Made by a program: the position numbers and the translations under genes. The notes under the pieces were generated by a model that was not told where the DNA came from, searched no databases, and saw nothing but the letters and a program-made list of their open reading frames with translations. From positions 28,653 to 92,652 of the forward strand of contig JAQWMB010000012.1 of assembly GCA_029246995.1 (NCBI GenBank): a DNA stretch of 64,000 bases, in the 5' to 3' direction. This document shows, in pieces, positions 1 through 9,189 of this stretch (positions are counted from its first letter, which is position 1; the number at the start of each line of letters is the position of its first letter). Source of the DNA: Dehalococcoidia bacterium (GTDB lineage: Bacteria > Chloroflexota > Dehalococcoidia > UBA2979).

Positions 1-395
1 CTTAAAGTGCCAATTATTTCAGATGCTTTTTTTGTGATACCATTAAGCCTAAAGTTTTTTGTTATCTTTCCTGAAGGTTCATTGTCATTTGCAATTGTCT
101 CTTTAATAGGTTTGCTGAACATCATATCAATTTCATGTATTTCATCTAAGGTATTAATATGAGCGGATATTTTTCCAATTGGCAAGGCGCTTTCTTGCAT
201 TATTTTCCATGAGATAAAATTTTTATCATTGCGATTTTGAATAGACTTCGTAGTTGCTAAATAATGCATTGATTCTAAAAGATTAGTTTTGCCGCTTGCA
301 TTATTACCTGTTATAAGATGTATACCATTTGTAAGATTCAATTCAATGTCTTCAAAAGTACGAATTTTTTTAAGTTGTATTTTTTTAATATGCAT
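1..395 (-). CDS. recF: DNA replication/repair protein RecF, N-terminal part (runs off window start; not in ORF track)
   Basis: Manual translation from ATG at 395: MHIKKIQLKKIRTFEDIELNLTNGIHLITGNNASGKTNLLESMHYLATTKS, matching the RecF Walker A context (GxNxxGKTNLLE..YLA..KS); abuts the sbcC stop. Confidence 0.88.
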   Translation of the reverse strand, partial: MHIKKIQLKKIRTFEDIELNLTNGIHLITGNNASGKTNLLESMHYLATTKSIQNRNDKNFISWKIMQESALPIGKISAHINTLDEIHEIDMMFSKPIKETIANDNEPSGKITKNFRLNGITKKASEIIGTL

Positions 396-3080
396 TTATA
401 AAATTTCTATCTTGTTAGTAGTTCCTGCTTTTACTTTTATGATACTTGGTATTCGTTTTTCGAGATCCTTAACATGTGATATAATTGCAACCATTCTATC
501 TTCTGCAACTTCTTCTAGGGCTTCAATCACAATATCTAAATTCTCTTCATCAAGACTACCAAAACCCTCATCAATAATGAGTGATTCCATACTCATGTGT
601 TGTTCATAATCTTGCAAATTGGATATGTATTCAGAAATACCTAAAATCATTGCAAGGCTACAAATAAATTTTTCTCCTCCTGAAAGTGTAACAACTTTCC
701 TCTCTTCTCCTTTGTCAGAGATCATTAATTGACCTGTTTCCCCTTGTGACATTGATTCTATTGATGGTGAAAGTATTTGTAGTTTTGCTGAACTTAGTAA
801 TAGAATATTTTCGATCACTTGATTTAGCACGTATTCTGGAAATGCAGATGGATTTAGAGATTCCTTAACTTCTTGAAATAACGTATAGTCTGATTCTAAT
901 TCAGCGCTTTCTTGCTTGATTTTTATAGCTGTTTCCGATGCGTCTAGTTTTGTTTCATTTTCCTTTTCGATCTCTTTGCGAGCTTCTAAAAGTTGATTAA
1001 CTTCATCAATTTTGTCATTCAGTATACCTGAGGTTACAGCTGCTGGATTTTTGATAGTTTTTAGCATTTTATCTACTTCATCATTTTTATTTGTAAAATC
1101 ACTATTAATTCTATTTAAAATAATTTCTATTTTTTCTTTATCTTTTTGTATTTGTTTTTCTTCGTCACTAAATTGTTTTTTTATTGCCTTTAGTTCGCCG
1201 CTTTTACTTTGAAATGTAAGCTGGTTTTCTTTCATAGTTTTTTCTAAGTCGGTGATTTTGTTCTGAATATTTTTATAAGTTTCTTCATTTTTATCTAAGT
1301 TGTTAATGATCTCTGCAATAGTAGATTTTTTTGGTTTTATTTTTTTGATTATCTCTTCGTATCGTCCTAATTCGATATCTTGTTTACTAATTTGCGATTG
1401 CAGATCATGATATTGATTGCTTAGTTTTATAAATTCTTGTAGTGCACTGTATCTGCTTGCTGCTTCATGAGCCATGATAGACATTTCATCTAGTTGCAAG
1501 CTCACATCTTCTTCTAATTGAACATTTAAAATGGAGATTTTGTTTGTTTCGCAGAAGTCTTTATACTGTTTCCCAATTGGAATTAATGATTCATATTGAT
1601 TTTTACTTTCTTGTATTTTTTTCACTAATCCTTCGTTACTTGCTTTGTGAATATTATCTATATGTTGCTTTAATTGTTCTTCTATACTGTATAATTTTTT
1701 GTTCAGCTCTTCTAATCGTTTTTTTTGTTCTGCATAGACATCTCTAGATATTTCTTGTTCTTTGGTATGAGCTTTTAGCGTTGTGATTTTATTTCCACAA
1801 ACTGGGCATAAATCTCCAACACTGAGCTTGGCTAATATTGATGCTATTTCATTATTAACGTTAGCTTTTTCTAATTCCTTGAGTTTTGATGACAGTGTAT
1901 GAATTTCTTGTTTGATGGATAGATAATTTTGTAGTTGTTCCTCAATGTAAGTGTGTGTATTGACTTGAACTGCTATATAATTCACGATTTGAGATAAAGT
2001 TACAATCTTGTTTTCAATTTCTGTGTCTGCTTGTAAGATATATTTATTTAATTCACTAATTAATTTTATTTCATTAGTTACAATAAGTTGTTTTTCAATT
2101 ACTGCCTTATTTTGCTCGAGGTCGTGTTTATTTTGCCAATGGTTGAGCGCCTCTTTACTATTTGGAACATATTGTATTTTTTCTAATTCTTTTTTGTGAA
2201 GTTGGTACTTTTTTGTATCTTGCGTTTCTTTTCCAGTGAGCGTTTTAATATCTGATTCCAAGGATCCAATATTTGTTTTTAACTGTTTGATATTTGTTTC
2301 TCGTTGCTGCTTCTGCATGAGTCCAGTATTGAGCTCTATCATCCCATTTTTTGTATCTTCTAATAATTGAATTTCTTCTTGTAGGATTTTTTTATCTTTT
2401 TCGTTTTGTTTTTTTATTTTTTGTAATTCTTTGATAGGTATATCTATTTGGGATGTTATTTCTAAATTTTCACCTTTTAATATTTGAGCGATGTATACGT
2501 TAAGCGCACCTTGCATTGTATTTAATTGATCTTCTAATTCTTTTTCTTTGCTATATGCTATATCTCGCATTTTTTCAAAAATATTTCCGCTAATCAGCCC
2601 TGAGAAAGTTGCACGTCTACTTTTTGCATCTTGAGCAATTAAACCATCAAATTTATTTTGTGGAATTAATATCGTTTTATTGAAAAGGTTGAGATTTAAT
2701 CCAATAGTTGATTCAACTGCTTTAGTTACCTCATCTTCTAATCTTTCAGCCAAGATCTCCCATTCGTTATCAACATTGAGTTTTCTGAAATAGCTTTGAT
2801 TAGGTTTTGCTGATCTAAAAATTTCGTAACTGTTTCCTCGATGTTCAAATTTTAATCGTATTGATGCATCTGGTAATGATTTTAAATCGTTTAATCCAGT
2901 ATCTTTTCCTGATTTAGCTCGGCCGCCAAATAATGCATGCGTCATTGCATCAAAGATTGATGATTTACCACTACCATTTGTGCCAACAACTGCAAATAAG
3001 TTACCAAGTTGTGCAAAGTCAATGACCTCTTTTTCTTGAAAACTTGTAATGCCTTTAATTTCTATGCTAGTTGGTTTCAT
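396..3080 (-). CDS. sbcC: SbcC/Rad50 SMC-like ATPase
   Basis: Walker A GTNGSGKSS, long coiled coil, zinc hook CPVCG, signature LSGGE, Walker B IIDEGFGSLD, IISH. Confidence 0.95.
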   Translation of the reverse strand: MKPTSIEIKGITSFQEKEVIDFAQLGNLFAVVGTNGSGKSSIFDAMTHALFGGRAKSGKDTGLNDLKSLPDASIRLKFEHRGNSYEIFRSAKPNQSYFRKLNVDNEWEILAERLEDEVTKAVESTIGLNLNLFNKTILIPQNKFDGLIAQDAKSRRATFSGLISGNIFEKMRDIAYSKEKELEDQLNTMQGALNVYIAQILKGENLEITSQIDIPIKELQKIKKQNEKDKKILQEEIQLLEDTKNGMIELNTGLMQKQQRETNIKQLKTNIGSLESDIKTLTGKETQDTKKYQLHKKELEKIQYVPNSKEALNHWQNKHDLEQNKAVIEKQLIVTNEIKLISELNKYILQADTEIENKIVTLSQIVNYIAVQVNTHTYIEEQLQNYLSIKQEIHTLSSKLKELEKANVNNEIASILAKLSVGDLCPVCGNKITTLKAHTKEQEISRDVYAEQKKRLEELNKKLYSIEEQLKQHIDNIHKASNEGLVKKIQESKNQYESLIPIGKQYKDFCETNKISILNVQLEEDVSLQLDEMSIMAHEAASRYSALQEFIKLSNQYHDLQSQISKQDIELGRYEEIIKKIKPKKSTIAEIINNLDKNEETYKNIQNKITDLEKTMKENQLTFQSKSGELKAIKKQFSDEEKQIQKDKEKIEIILNRINSDFTNKNDEVDKMLKTIKNPAAVTSGILNDKIDEVNQLLEARKEIEKENETKLDASETAIKIKQESAELESDYTLFQEVKESLNPSAFPEYVLNQVIENILLLSSAKLQILSPSIESMSQGETGQLMISDKGEERKVVTLSGGEKFICSLAMILGISEYISNLQDYEQHMSMESLIIDEGFGSLDEENLDIVIEALEEVAEDRMVAIISHVKDLEKRIPSIIKVKAGTTNKIEIL

Positions 3081-4263
3081 TAGACTTCACTTCTTCAAAT
3101 AATTGCTTGAATATTGCTAATTTTTTCTTTTCTAATTTTGTATCTGATCTTGTATCATGCAACCAGTTTTTATACAGTTCTAATTCTGAAAGTTGTTTAC
3201 GCACATCTTGTTCAATAACACGTTGTATGTTTTGATTACGAATTCTGATGTCAATGACGTTAGGAATTTGAGCTTCAAGCATAGTTCGGTAATTTTTTGG
3301 AGGCATTTCATCCGTAAGTGTAATTTTTAAATATTCAGATTTGTAATTGGATGCTTGTTCAAGGACATCATCATAAGTTCCAATGAGTTCTTTTAACATT
3401 TTGCCTTTGGTTAAGTTAACTGTTTTGACAGTGGTTTTTTCTCCTGCATGACAATCTGCAATATAAACAACTTTTTGTTGCTCAGCTTCTGCAAAGCTAA
3501 ATTGTAAAATTGAACCAGCATAATGGACTGGTGTATCATGCATGATTTCTTGTGGTTTATGGATGTGTCCTAGCGCAGTGTAATTAATTTGTTTTGGTAG
3601 TTGTGAACTTTTTACTCCATATGTCACCTTATCAAGGCTTAATCTTCGCTCAGATATATCATTTTCTTGGTCGGCATCTCGAACTATTGCTTCGTTAATT
3701 AAAACATGGCTGGTAAGAATTCGAATTGCATTAGAGTCGAGTTTGTTGACTAGTTCAGTGAATAATTCTTCTAATAATGCACCATACATTTGTCCTGTTT
3801 CTTGGCGAGATTGTTCTATAGCCTTGCTCGGATTTATTTTTGCAAGTGTGTTTTCGTTTAACCACGGCACTACTGCTATTTGTAGTGTTTCATTATTCTT
3901 TTCAATTGTTATGATGTTGTTTTCTAACTCATCAAAATTTGTTTCATGTACAACATGTATGCCAAACTCATTTAATGGGATTGACATTGCTTCAATTTTT
4001 TTTGGAGAGTCGTGATTGCCTGGGAAAAGAACAATGTCAATATTGTGACGATTGATTTCTGTCATAGTTTTATAAAATAATTTTTCTGCTTCAGTGCTCG
4101 GTGAGTAACTATCAAAAATATCACCTGCGATAATTATGCAGTCTACCTTTTCGTTAATTGCAATTTCGGTAATTTCATTAAGAACTTCCTGAAACTCTGA
4201 TATACGATCGATGCCCTTTAATTTTTTGCCGATATGCCAGTCACTAGTATGCAATATCTTCAT
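3067..4263 (-). CDS. sbcD: SbcD/Mre11 nuclease
   Basis: Metallophosphoesterase motifs LHTSDWHIG, AGDIFD, GNHD, ALGHIH, YAGS. Confidence 0.95.
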   Translation of the reverse strand: MKILHTSDWHIGKKLKGIDRISEFQEVLNEITEIAINEKVDCIIIAGDIFDSYSPSTEAEKLFYKTMTEINRHNIDIVLFPGNHDSPKKIEAMSIPLNEFGIHVVHETNFDELENNIITIEKNNETLQIAVVPWLNENTLAKINPSKAIEQSRQETGQMYGALLEELFTELVNKLDSNAIRILTSHVLINEAIVRDADQENDISERRLSLDKVTYGVKSSQLPKQINYTALGHIHKPQEIMHDTPVHYAGSILQFSFAEAEQQKVVYIADCHAGEKTTVKTVNLTKGKMLKELIGTYDDVLEQASNYKSEYLKITLTDEMPPKNYRTMLEAQIPNVIDIRIRNQNIQRVIEQDVRKQLSELELYKNWLHDTRSDTKLEKKKLAIFKQLFEEVKSNETN

Positions 4264-4274
4264 TGATCATTTCC

Positions 4275-6002
4275 TTAATCATCTGATGCATATTCATCTA
4301 GCATTTTTTTCGTCCCTTTATTTTTAATGTCACTTTTTTTTGTCGCCCATGCCGGGAAAGGAAATTGTAAAAGAATAGGAATCGGAACCTGTGGCTGTGT
4401 AACAACCATCGTGCCAGGTTGCAATAATTTTGTTCTTGTTTTAGCTGCTTGCGTGAGATAGCTATATTCGCTTTTTTCGGATTCCGCTGCATCTAAACGA
4501 CCAGTGACTCGAAATGCACTATTGGATACAATACGTGGTTCAATTTCAGATGCAGTTTGTTGTGCACCGATGAGAATGATATTCATTGAACGCCCTCGTT
4601 CTGCTATGTCAACAAGATATTCTTTAATTGAACTTGAGTTATCTTTAGGTGCATATTTATTTAATTCATCAAGAACAATAAAGACAGGACTATTTTCACC
4701 TCCAGCATCTGTTTTTTCTCTGTCGGCAATCAGTTCCTTTAAAATGACTCCAACAACAAATTTCTGTGCTCTCCCATGTAATTGATGGATATCTACAACA
4801 GTAATATTGGTTTGTTTATAATGAACGCCTGAACCTATTTCACTATCGTCACTAATCAGGTCATTAATGTATCTTGCAGAATTTCGTAATCGTCGCATAA
4901 ATGCAGACCATGTTGCCTCATTCATATTTGTCCCTTTGGACCATGGACCAGTTTTAACACCTTCTTCATTGTTTTTGAAATCTGAATCTATCGCTGGTTG
5001 CGTTAACTTTTCAATTTCATCTATTAATTCATAAATTGTTGAGCAAGTATCAATGCTGTTACCAACTTCTAAAAAATCATTATCTAGTTTATAAGCGACT
5101 AAGTTGACTAAGGATTCTATTTGCGTTGTGCGAAAATCATCTTCAGTGAATAGTAATCGAATGTATTGTTTTTTACAAAAATCTTCAATTGTCCAATGTA
5201 ATAATTTTACTTCTTCTCCATCTCGACTTGCTGGTAATTTTGAGTTTTGTCCATTTGGCTTACTATAGAATTGAATATTAGAAAATGGCTCTGGCTCAAT
5301 GCCCATTTTTTTATACATCTTTTGTGAAGTTTCATCCTCATTCATTTTTGAATTTGCTTTGTCTAACCACATCAAATCTTCGCCTTTAACATTAAAAATA
5401 ATTGCGTGCGTATTTGCTCGCTTGTTCTTTTCATGCTGTTTCAAAGAAGAAAATATGCTATGCAATAAAAAAGTTGCGTAACTTGTTTTTGTTGCTACGC
5501 CTGAAATTCCTGAGATATTAACATGTGCTCCACTTTCACCATCTAAGAAATCTAAATTGCCATGTATCACTTCTTCTTGCGCTAAACCAGTTCGTGTGTG
5601 CCCTAGCACAAAAGTGCGATCCATTACGTCTTCATACAATGCTTTTTTGAATTCATTATTTGTAGCTTTATATATAGCATGTCCAGGTGTTGGTGGATTG
5701 AAGATTTGGGGTTCTACTCTTAAGACAGAAACGTGTGCAATTTCTGCAAGCCTTGAAGGTAATTTATTGGGATATAGCTCTGCATCTGATGCAAAATCTG
5801 TTCCTTCCAAACTTTTTTTCATTTCATCAACAATTCCATAAATAAATCTTGGTTCATCTTGGTTTTCTTCAGTAATTTCTAAATAAACTATGTCATCTAG
5901 TTGAACATTGTTGTTATCTTGCACATACAGCCAAAAATCAAGCGGATTTGAAGCAAGTCGCTCAACTCCAATCACAATGCCAATTTCATTTGATTCACTC
6001 AT
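4275..6002 (-). CDS. herA: HerA-family ATPase/helicase
   Basis: N-terminal HAS-barrel-like region, variant P-loop HVNISGISGVATKTS, IFNVKGEDL, Walker B VLDELNKYAP, ERGRS..LIGAQQ. Confidence 0.88.
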   Translation of the reverse strand: MSESNEIGIVIGVERLASNPLDFWLYVQDNNNVQLDDIVYLEITEENQDEPRFIYGIVDEMKKSLEGTDFASDAELYPNKLPSRLAEIAHVSVLRVEPQIFNPPTPGHAIYKATNNEFKKALYEDVMDRTFVLGHTRTGLAQEEVIHGNLDFLDGESGAHVNISGISGVATKTSYATFLLHSIFSSLKQHEKNKRANTHAIIFNVKGEDLMWLDKANSKMNEDETSQKMYKKMGIEPEPFSNIQFYSKPNGQNSKLPASRDGEEVKLLHWTIEDFCKKQYIRLLFTEDDFRTTQIESLVNLVAYKLDNDFLEVGNSIDTCSTIYELIDEIEKLTQPAIDSDFKNNEEGVKTGPWSKGTNMNEATWSAFMRRLRNSARYINDLISDDSEIGSGVHYKQTNITVVDIHQLHGRAQKFVVGVILKELIADREKTDAGGENSPVFIVLDELNKYAPKDNSSSIKEYLVDIAERGRSMNIILIGAQQTASEIEPRIVSNSAFRVTGRLDAAESEKSEYSYLTQAAKTRTKLLQPGTMVVTQPQVPIPILLQFPFPAWATKKSDIKNKGTKKMLDEYASDD

Positions 6003-6004
6003 TA

Positions 6005-7021
6005 TTAGTTATCCTTATTTTCATAAATATACTTTTGAATCCCTCGTTGAATGATATGCTTGTCACCTATTAAATGTTTCATCCTCTTCTCTAGTTCACC
6101 AACAGGGATCGGATTTTGTGGAGCGCGAGAATCTTTAAAAGACTCTGGTGCAATACTTGGAAAAATTGCACATGTTGCATCAGCAAAATTGCTTGCTTGC
6201 TTAATGGATGCTTGTGCTTCACTCATTTCAAATCTCATTAATCCTGCCATATAATCGTATACATCATTATCAAATTGCTTAATGCATGTAAACCATGACA
6301 ATTTATTGCCATATGTTTCATTGGGTATGCGGAAGATTGGTGTACGTTGTCCTTCATTAAGTTCTTCTAAAATGATTAATTTATTAGAGGGTAAATATAA
6401 CTGTCGCATTCCTTTAATATAGCCAATGATATTACTTTCTGTATTTCTTGGTTGTGAAATAGGTCCGTCTAAAAAAATCATTTTATTAGAATTAGCTAAT
6501 GAATTAGCCAGTTTCAACTCCTCTTTGCTCATTAGACTTGTTAGATTATCCATGAGATTTCTTACGCTATTGAGATTGCCTGATTTTTTTGATTGACTCT
6601 GTTTAATTCCTTGAAATATTAACATACTATTACCAATATCCATATGGAGATCTTCTACTGGATCTTTTGCATTCTCTGGCGTGAATTGTATTTTATATCT
6701 ACGAACAATTGGCATAGTATCATTTTCAAGAATACTTGCTTGTTGTGGGGTTACTTCTACTGCACCTACAACAATAGAGCCAAGAATAACTTGACATTTC
6801 ACATTTTGAATATAAGTGGATAAATTTATGTGTGTTTTTTCAGTACCATCTACAATAGTATAAGAAAATTCTGTATCTGTGTACGGACTTATTGGCTTCC
6901 ACGATCCTGTTTCTATTTCACAATCTCCGTCGGCAATAGTGTGGATCTCAAAATTTTCATCATCGATTGATTGCGTATGATTTATATCCCAGGTACCAGA
7001 CAATTTGTATTTTTGTTGCAT
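6005..7021 (-). CDS. nurA: NurA-family nuclease
   Basis: IVDGTE, FLDGP, IIGYIK, RTP.F and C-terminal D.RAPQN..P...LE motifs; directly upstream of herA. Confidence 0.8.
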   Translation of the reverse strand: MQQKYKLSGTWDINHTQSIDDENFEIHTIADGDCEIETGSWKPISPYTDTEFSYTIVDGTEKTHINLSTYIQNVKCQVILGSIVVGAVEVTPQQASILENDTMPIVRRYKIQFTPENAKDPVEDLHMDIGNSMLIFQGIKQSQSKKSGNLNSVRNLMDNLTSLMSKEELKLANSLANSNKMIFLDGPISQPRNTESNIIGYIKGMRQLYLPSNKLIILEELNEGQRTPIFRIPNETYGNKLSWFTCIKQFDNDVYDYMAGLMRFEMSEAQASIKQASNFADATCAIFPSIAPESFKDSRAPQNPIPVGELEKRMKHLIGDKHIIQRGIQKYIYENKDN

Positions 7022-7094
7022 TTTTTTTATTTGTTTAACGTAGGCGTATTATACACTATTGCAATAGAAGAATGTGTATTATCAATGGCATGCT

Positions 7095-7829
7095 ATGTCC
7101 CAAAAAAATGAATTTGAAAATTTAGAAGATAAAAAAATAAAACACTCATATATACAAAATATGTTTAGTGATATTTCTCATACATATGACCTCATGAATA
7201 ATATTTTCACCTTCGGGCAACATAAAAAATGGCGCAAAAAGATTGTTAAACAAGAAATTACTCAAAACGATAGTGTCTTAGATATTGGATGTGGAACCGG
7301 TGATTTTGTGTTTGATTGTTTGCCGTATTCTAAAAATTCTATTGTGGGTATAGATTTTGCAAAATCAATGGTAGAAATTGCTTATAACAAATCTGATCAA
7401 TTCTCTCAGATGACGAATTTTTTAATTGGAGATGCATTGATACTTCCAATTCAATCGAATAGATTTGATATCTGTTCTATGTCATTTGTTTTGCGAAACA
7501 TTTCAGATGTTGATGTATTATTACGTGAGGTTCATAGAATTTTAAAACCAGGTGGAAAAATTATTATTATTGATGCATTTAAAAAAACAAATCGTTTCAG
7601 GATAATAAATTTCTTTTCTAAATTGTATAGTGCATTTCTCGTTCCTGTCATTGGAAGGCTGATATCAGGCCATCGCAATGCATATAAATATCTTAATTTT
7701 TCTATTGAGAATTTCTATACGATGGATGAGCTGGGAGAATTTATGGAAAATAATCAATTTGTTGTTAGAAATAAACAAACTTTTCTGTTTGGTTCAGTTG
7801 GTGCATTGGTTGTGCAGAAACTTGATTAG
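7095..7829 (+). CDS. menG: Demethylmenaquinone/ubiquinone C-methyltransferase (UbiE/MenG)
   Basis: YDLMN..F.FGQHKKWR, SAM motif LDIGCGTGD, RILKPGG, AYKYL..SI; ATG at 7095 preferred over GTG at 7074. Confidence 0.88.
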   Translation: MSQKNEFENLEDKKIKHSYIQNMFSDISHTYDLMNNIFTFGQHKKWRKKIVKQEITQNDSVLDIGCGTGDFVFDCLPYSKNSIVGIDFAKSMVEIAYNKSDQFSQMTNFLIGDALILPIQSNRFDICSMSFVLRNISDVDVLLREVHRILKPGGKIIIIDAFKKTNRFRIINFFSKLYSAFLVPVIGRLISGHRNAYKYLNFSIENFYTMDELGEFMENNQFVVRNKQTFLFGSVGALVVQKLD

Positions 7830-7868
7830 TGTTAAACGTGCACCATGTGATATATTAGAAAAATAATA

Positions 7869-8741
7869 ATGAGCAGGCAACTATCAACTGCAAAATTACT
7901 TATTACATGCCAAGATAAACCTGGCATCATTGCTGCTGTGACTAATTTTTTGGCTTTGAATAAAACCAATATTGTGCATGCAGATCAGCATAGTATGCAG
8001 GAAGAAAATGAAAGCTTGTTTTTTATGCGATTAGTTTTTGAATATGATCCTAAAAAAGTTGCAGTTGATCAAATTCAACAATCTTTTGAAAAAGAGGTTG
8101 CTTCGGATTATGGTATGCAGTGGCATATCTTTGAAGATGGAGATGTTAAGAAAATTGCTATTCTGGCTTCGAAAACTGATCATTGTTTACTAGAAATTTT
8201 ATGGCGATGGAGAAGCGGTGAAATTAATGCAGATATACCTATTATTATTTCAAATCATTCTTCATTAGAAAGCGAAGTGAAGTCATTTAATATCCCTTTT
8301 CATCATCTTCCAATTGTTAACAATCAAAAAGAAAAGCAAGAAGAACAAGTGATTGCATTATTGAAAAATAATGATATCGACTTAGTTATTCTTGCTCGTT
8401 ATATGCAGATACTTTCCAAAAGTTTTATAGATGAATATCAAAATAATATTATCAATATTCATCATTCTTTTTTACCCGCATTTGTTGGTGCTGATCCATA
8501 TGGACAAGCGATAGATAGAGGTGTTAAAGTTGTTGGAGCTACTGCGCATTACGCGACTGAAAATCTAGATCAAGGCCCAATTATCGAACAGGATGTTATT
8601 AGGCTAACGCATAGAGACGATAGAAGAAAAATTATTGAACTAGGCAAAGAAGTCGAAAGGTCTGTTTTAGCAAGAGCGGTAAAGTGGCATTTAGAAGATA
8701 AAGTTTTTATTGTTGGTAATAAGACTATAGTGTTTAATTAG
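7869..8741 (+). CDS. purU: Formyltetrahydrofolate deformylase
   Basis: ACT domain C.DKPGII, LARYMQILS, INIHHSFLPAFVGA, GVKVVGATAHY. Confidence 0.96.
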   Translation: MSRQLSTAKLLITCQDKPGIIAAVTNFLALNKTNIVHADQHSMQEENESLFFMRLVFEYDPKKVAVDQIQQSFEKEVASDYGMQWHIFEDGDVKKIAILASKTDHCLLEILWRWRSGEINADIPIIISNHSSLESEVKSFNIPFHHLPIVNNQKEKQEEQVIALLKNNDIDLVILARYMQILSKSFIDEYQNNIINIHHSFLPAFVGADPYGQAIDRGVKVVGATAHYATENLDQGPIIEQDVIRLTHRDDRRKIIELGKEVERSVLARAVKWHLEDKVFIVGNKTIVFN

Positions 8742-8749
8742 GAAGAAAT

Positions 8750-9187
8750 ATGTTTAACAAATTTAAAAAAACTGTGGCAAAAGTTTTATCTAAAGAAAAG
8801 AAAAATGTTAGTCCTCCTAATAGAAATCGTAGGCGCTATTCGAAGAGCTCATCTAGTAATCAACAGCATAGAAATCGAAGAAAAAATTATAATTCTGAAA
8901 ATCAAACACGAGTTCAAAGAACAATGAAGTCATCAACTAAAACACGTAGCAGTGTTAAAGAATCTGGTGAAGTGAATAAATCAATGCAATTTAGATCTTT
9001 AGCTAGCTATCGAAAGAGACGTGGCAAACTTGATCCTGCATTGCCAGAAGATGTTGCTTTTCGTTCTCCAGAAGATGGGGGTGATATTTCATTGAAAATT
9101 CATCATTCACATTCTTCATACTCTCAAAAAGATAAAGCAAGAATTATTTTTCATGATAAAAGTATTTTTGTGAAAGATTCTGAATAA
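8750..9187 (+). CDS. Hypothetical basic, largely disordered protein
   Basis: ORF with RBS-like AGGAAG upstream; R/K/S/N-rich; no family recognised. Confidence 0.6.
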   Translation: MFNKFKKTVAKVLSKEKKNVSPPNRNRRRYSKSSSSNQQHRNRRKNYNSENQTRVQRTMKSSTKTRSSVKESGEVNKSMQFRSLASYRKRRGKLDPALPEDVAFRSPEDGGDISLKIHHSHSSYSQKDKARIIFHDKSIFVKDSE

Positions 9188-9189
9188 AA

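Noticed and set aside
396-7021. HerA/nuclease anti-phage defence system
   Set aside because: Partners are NurA, SbcCD and RecF in a core-like context, not Sir2 or DUF4297; DNA repair is the simpler reading.
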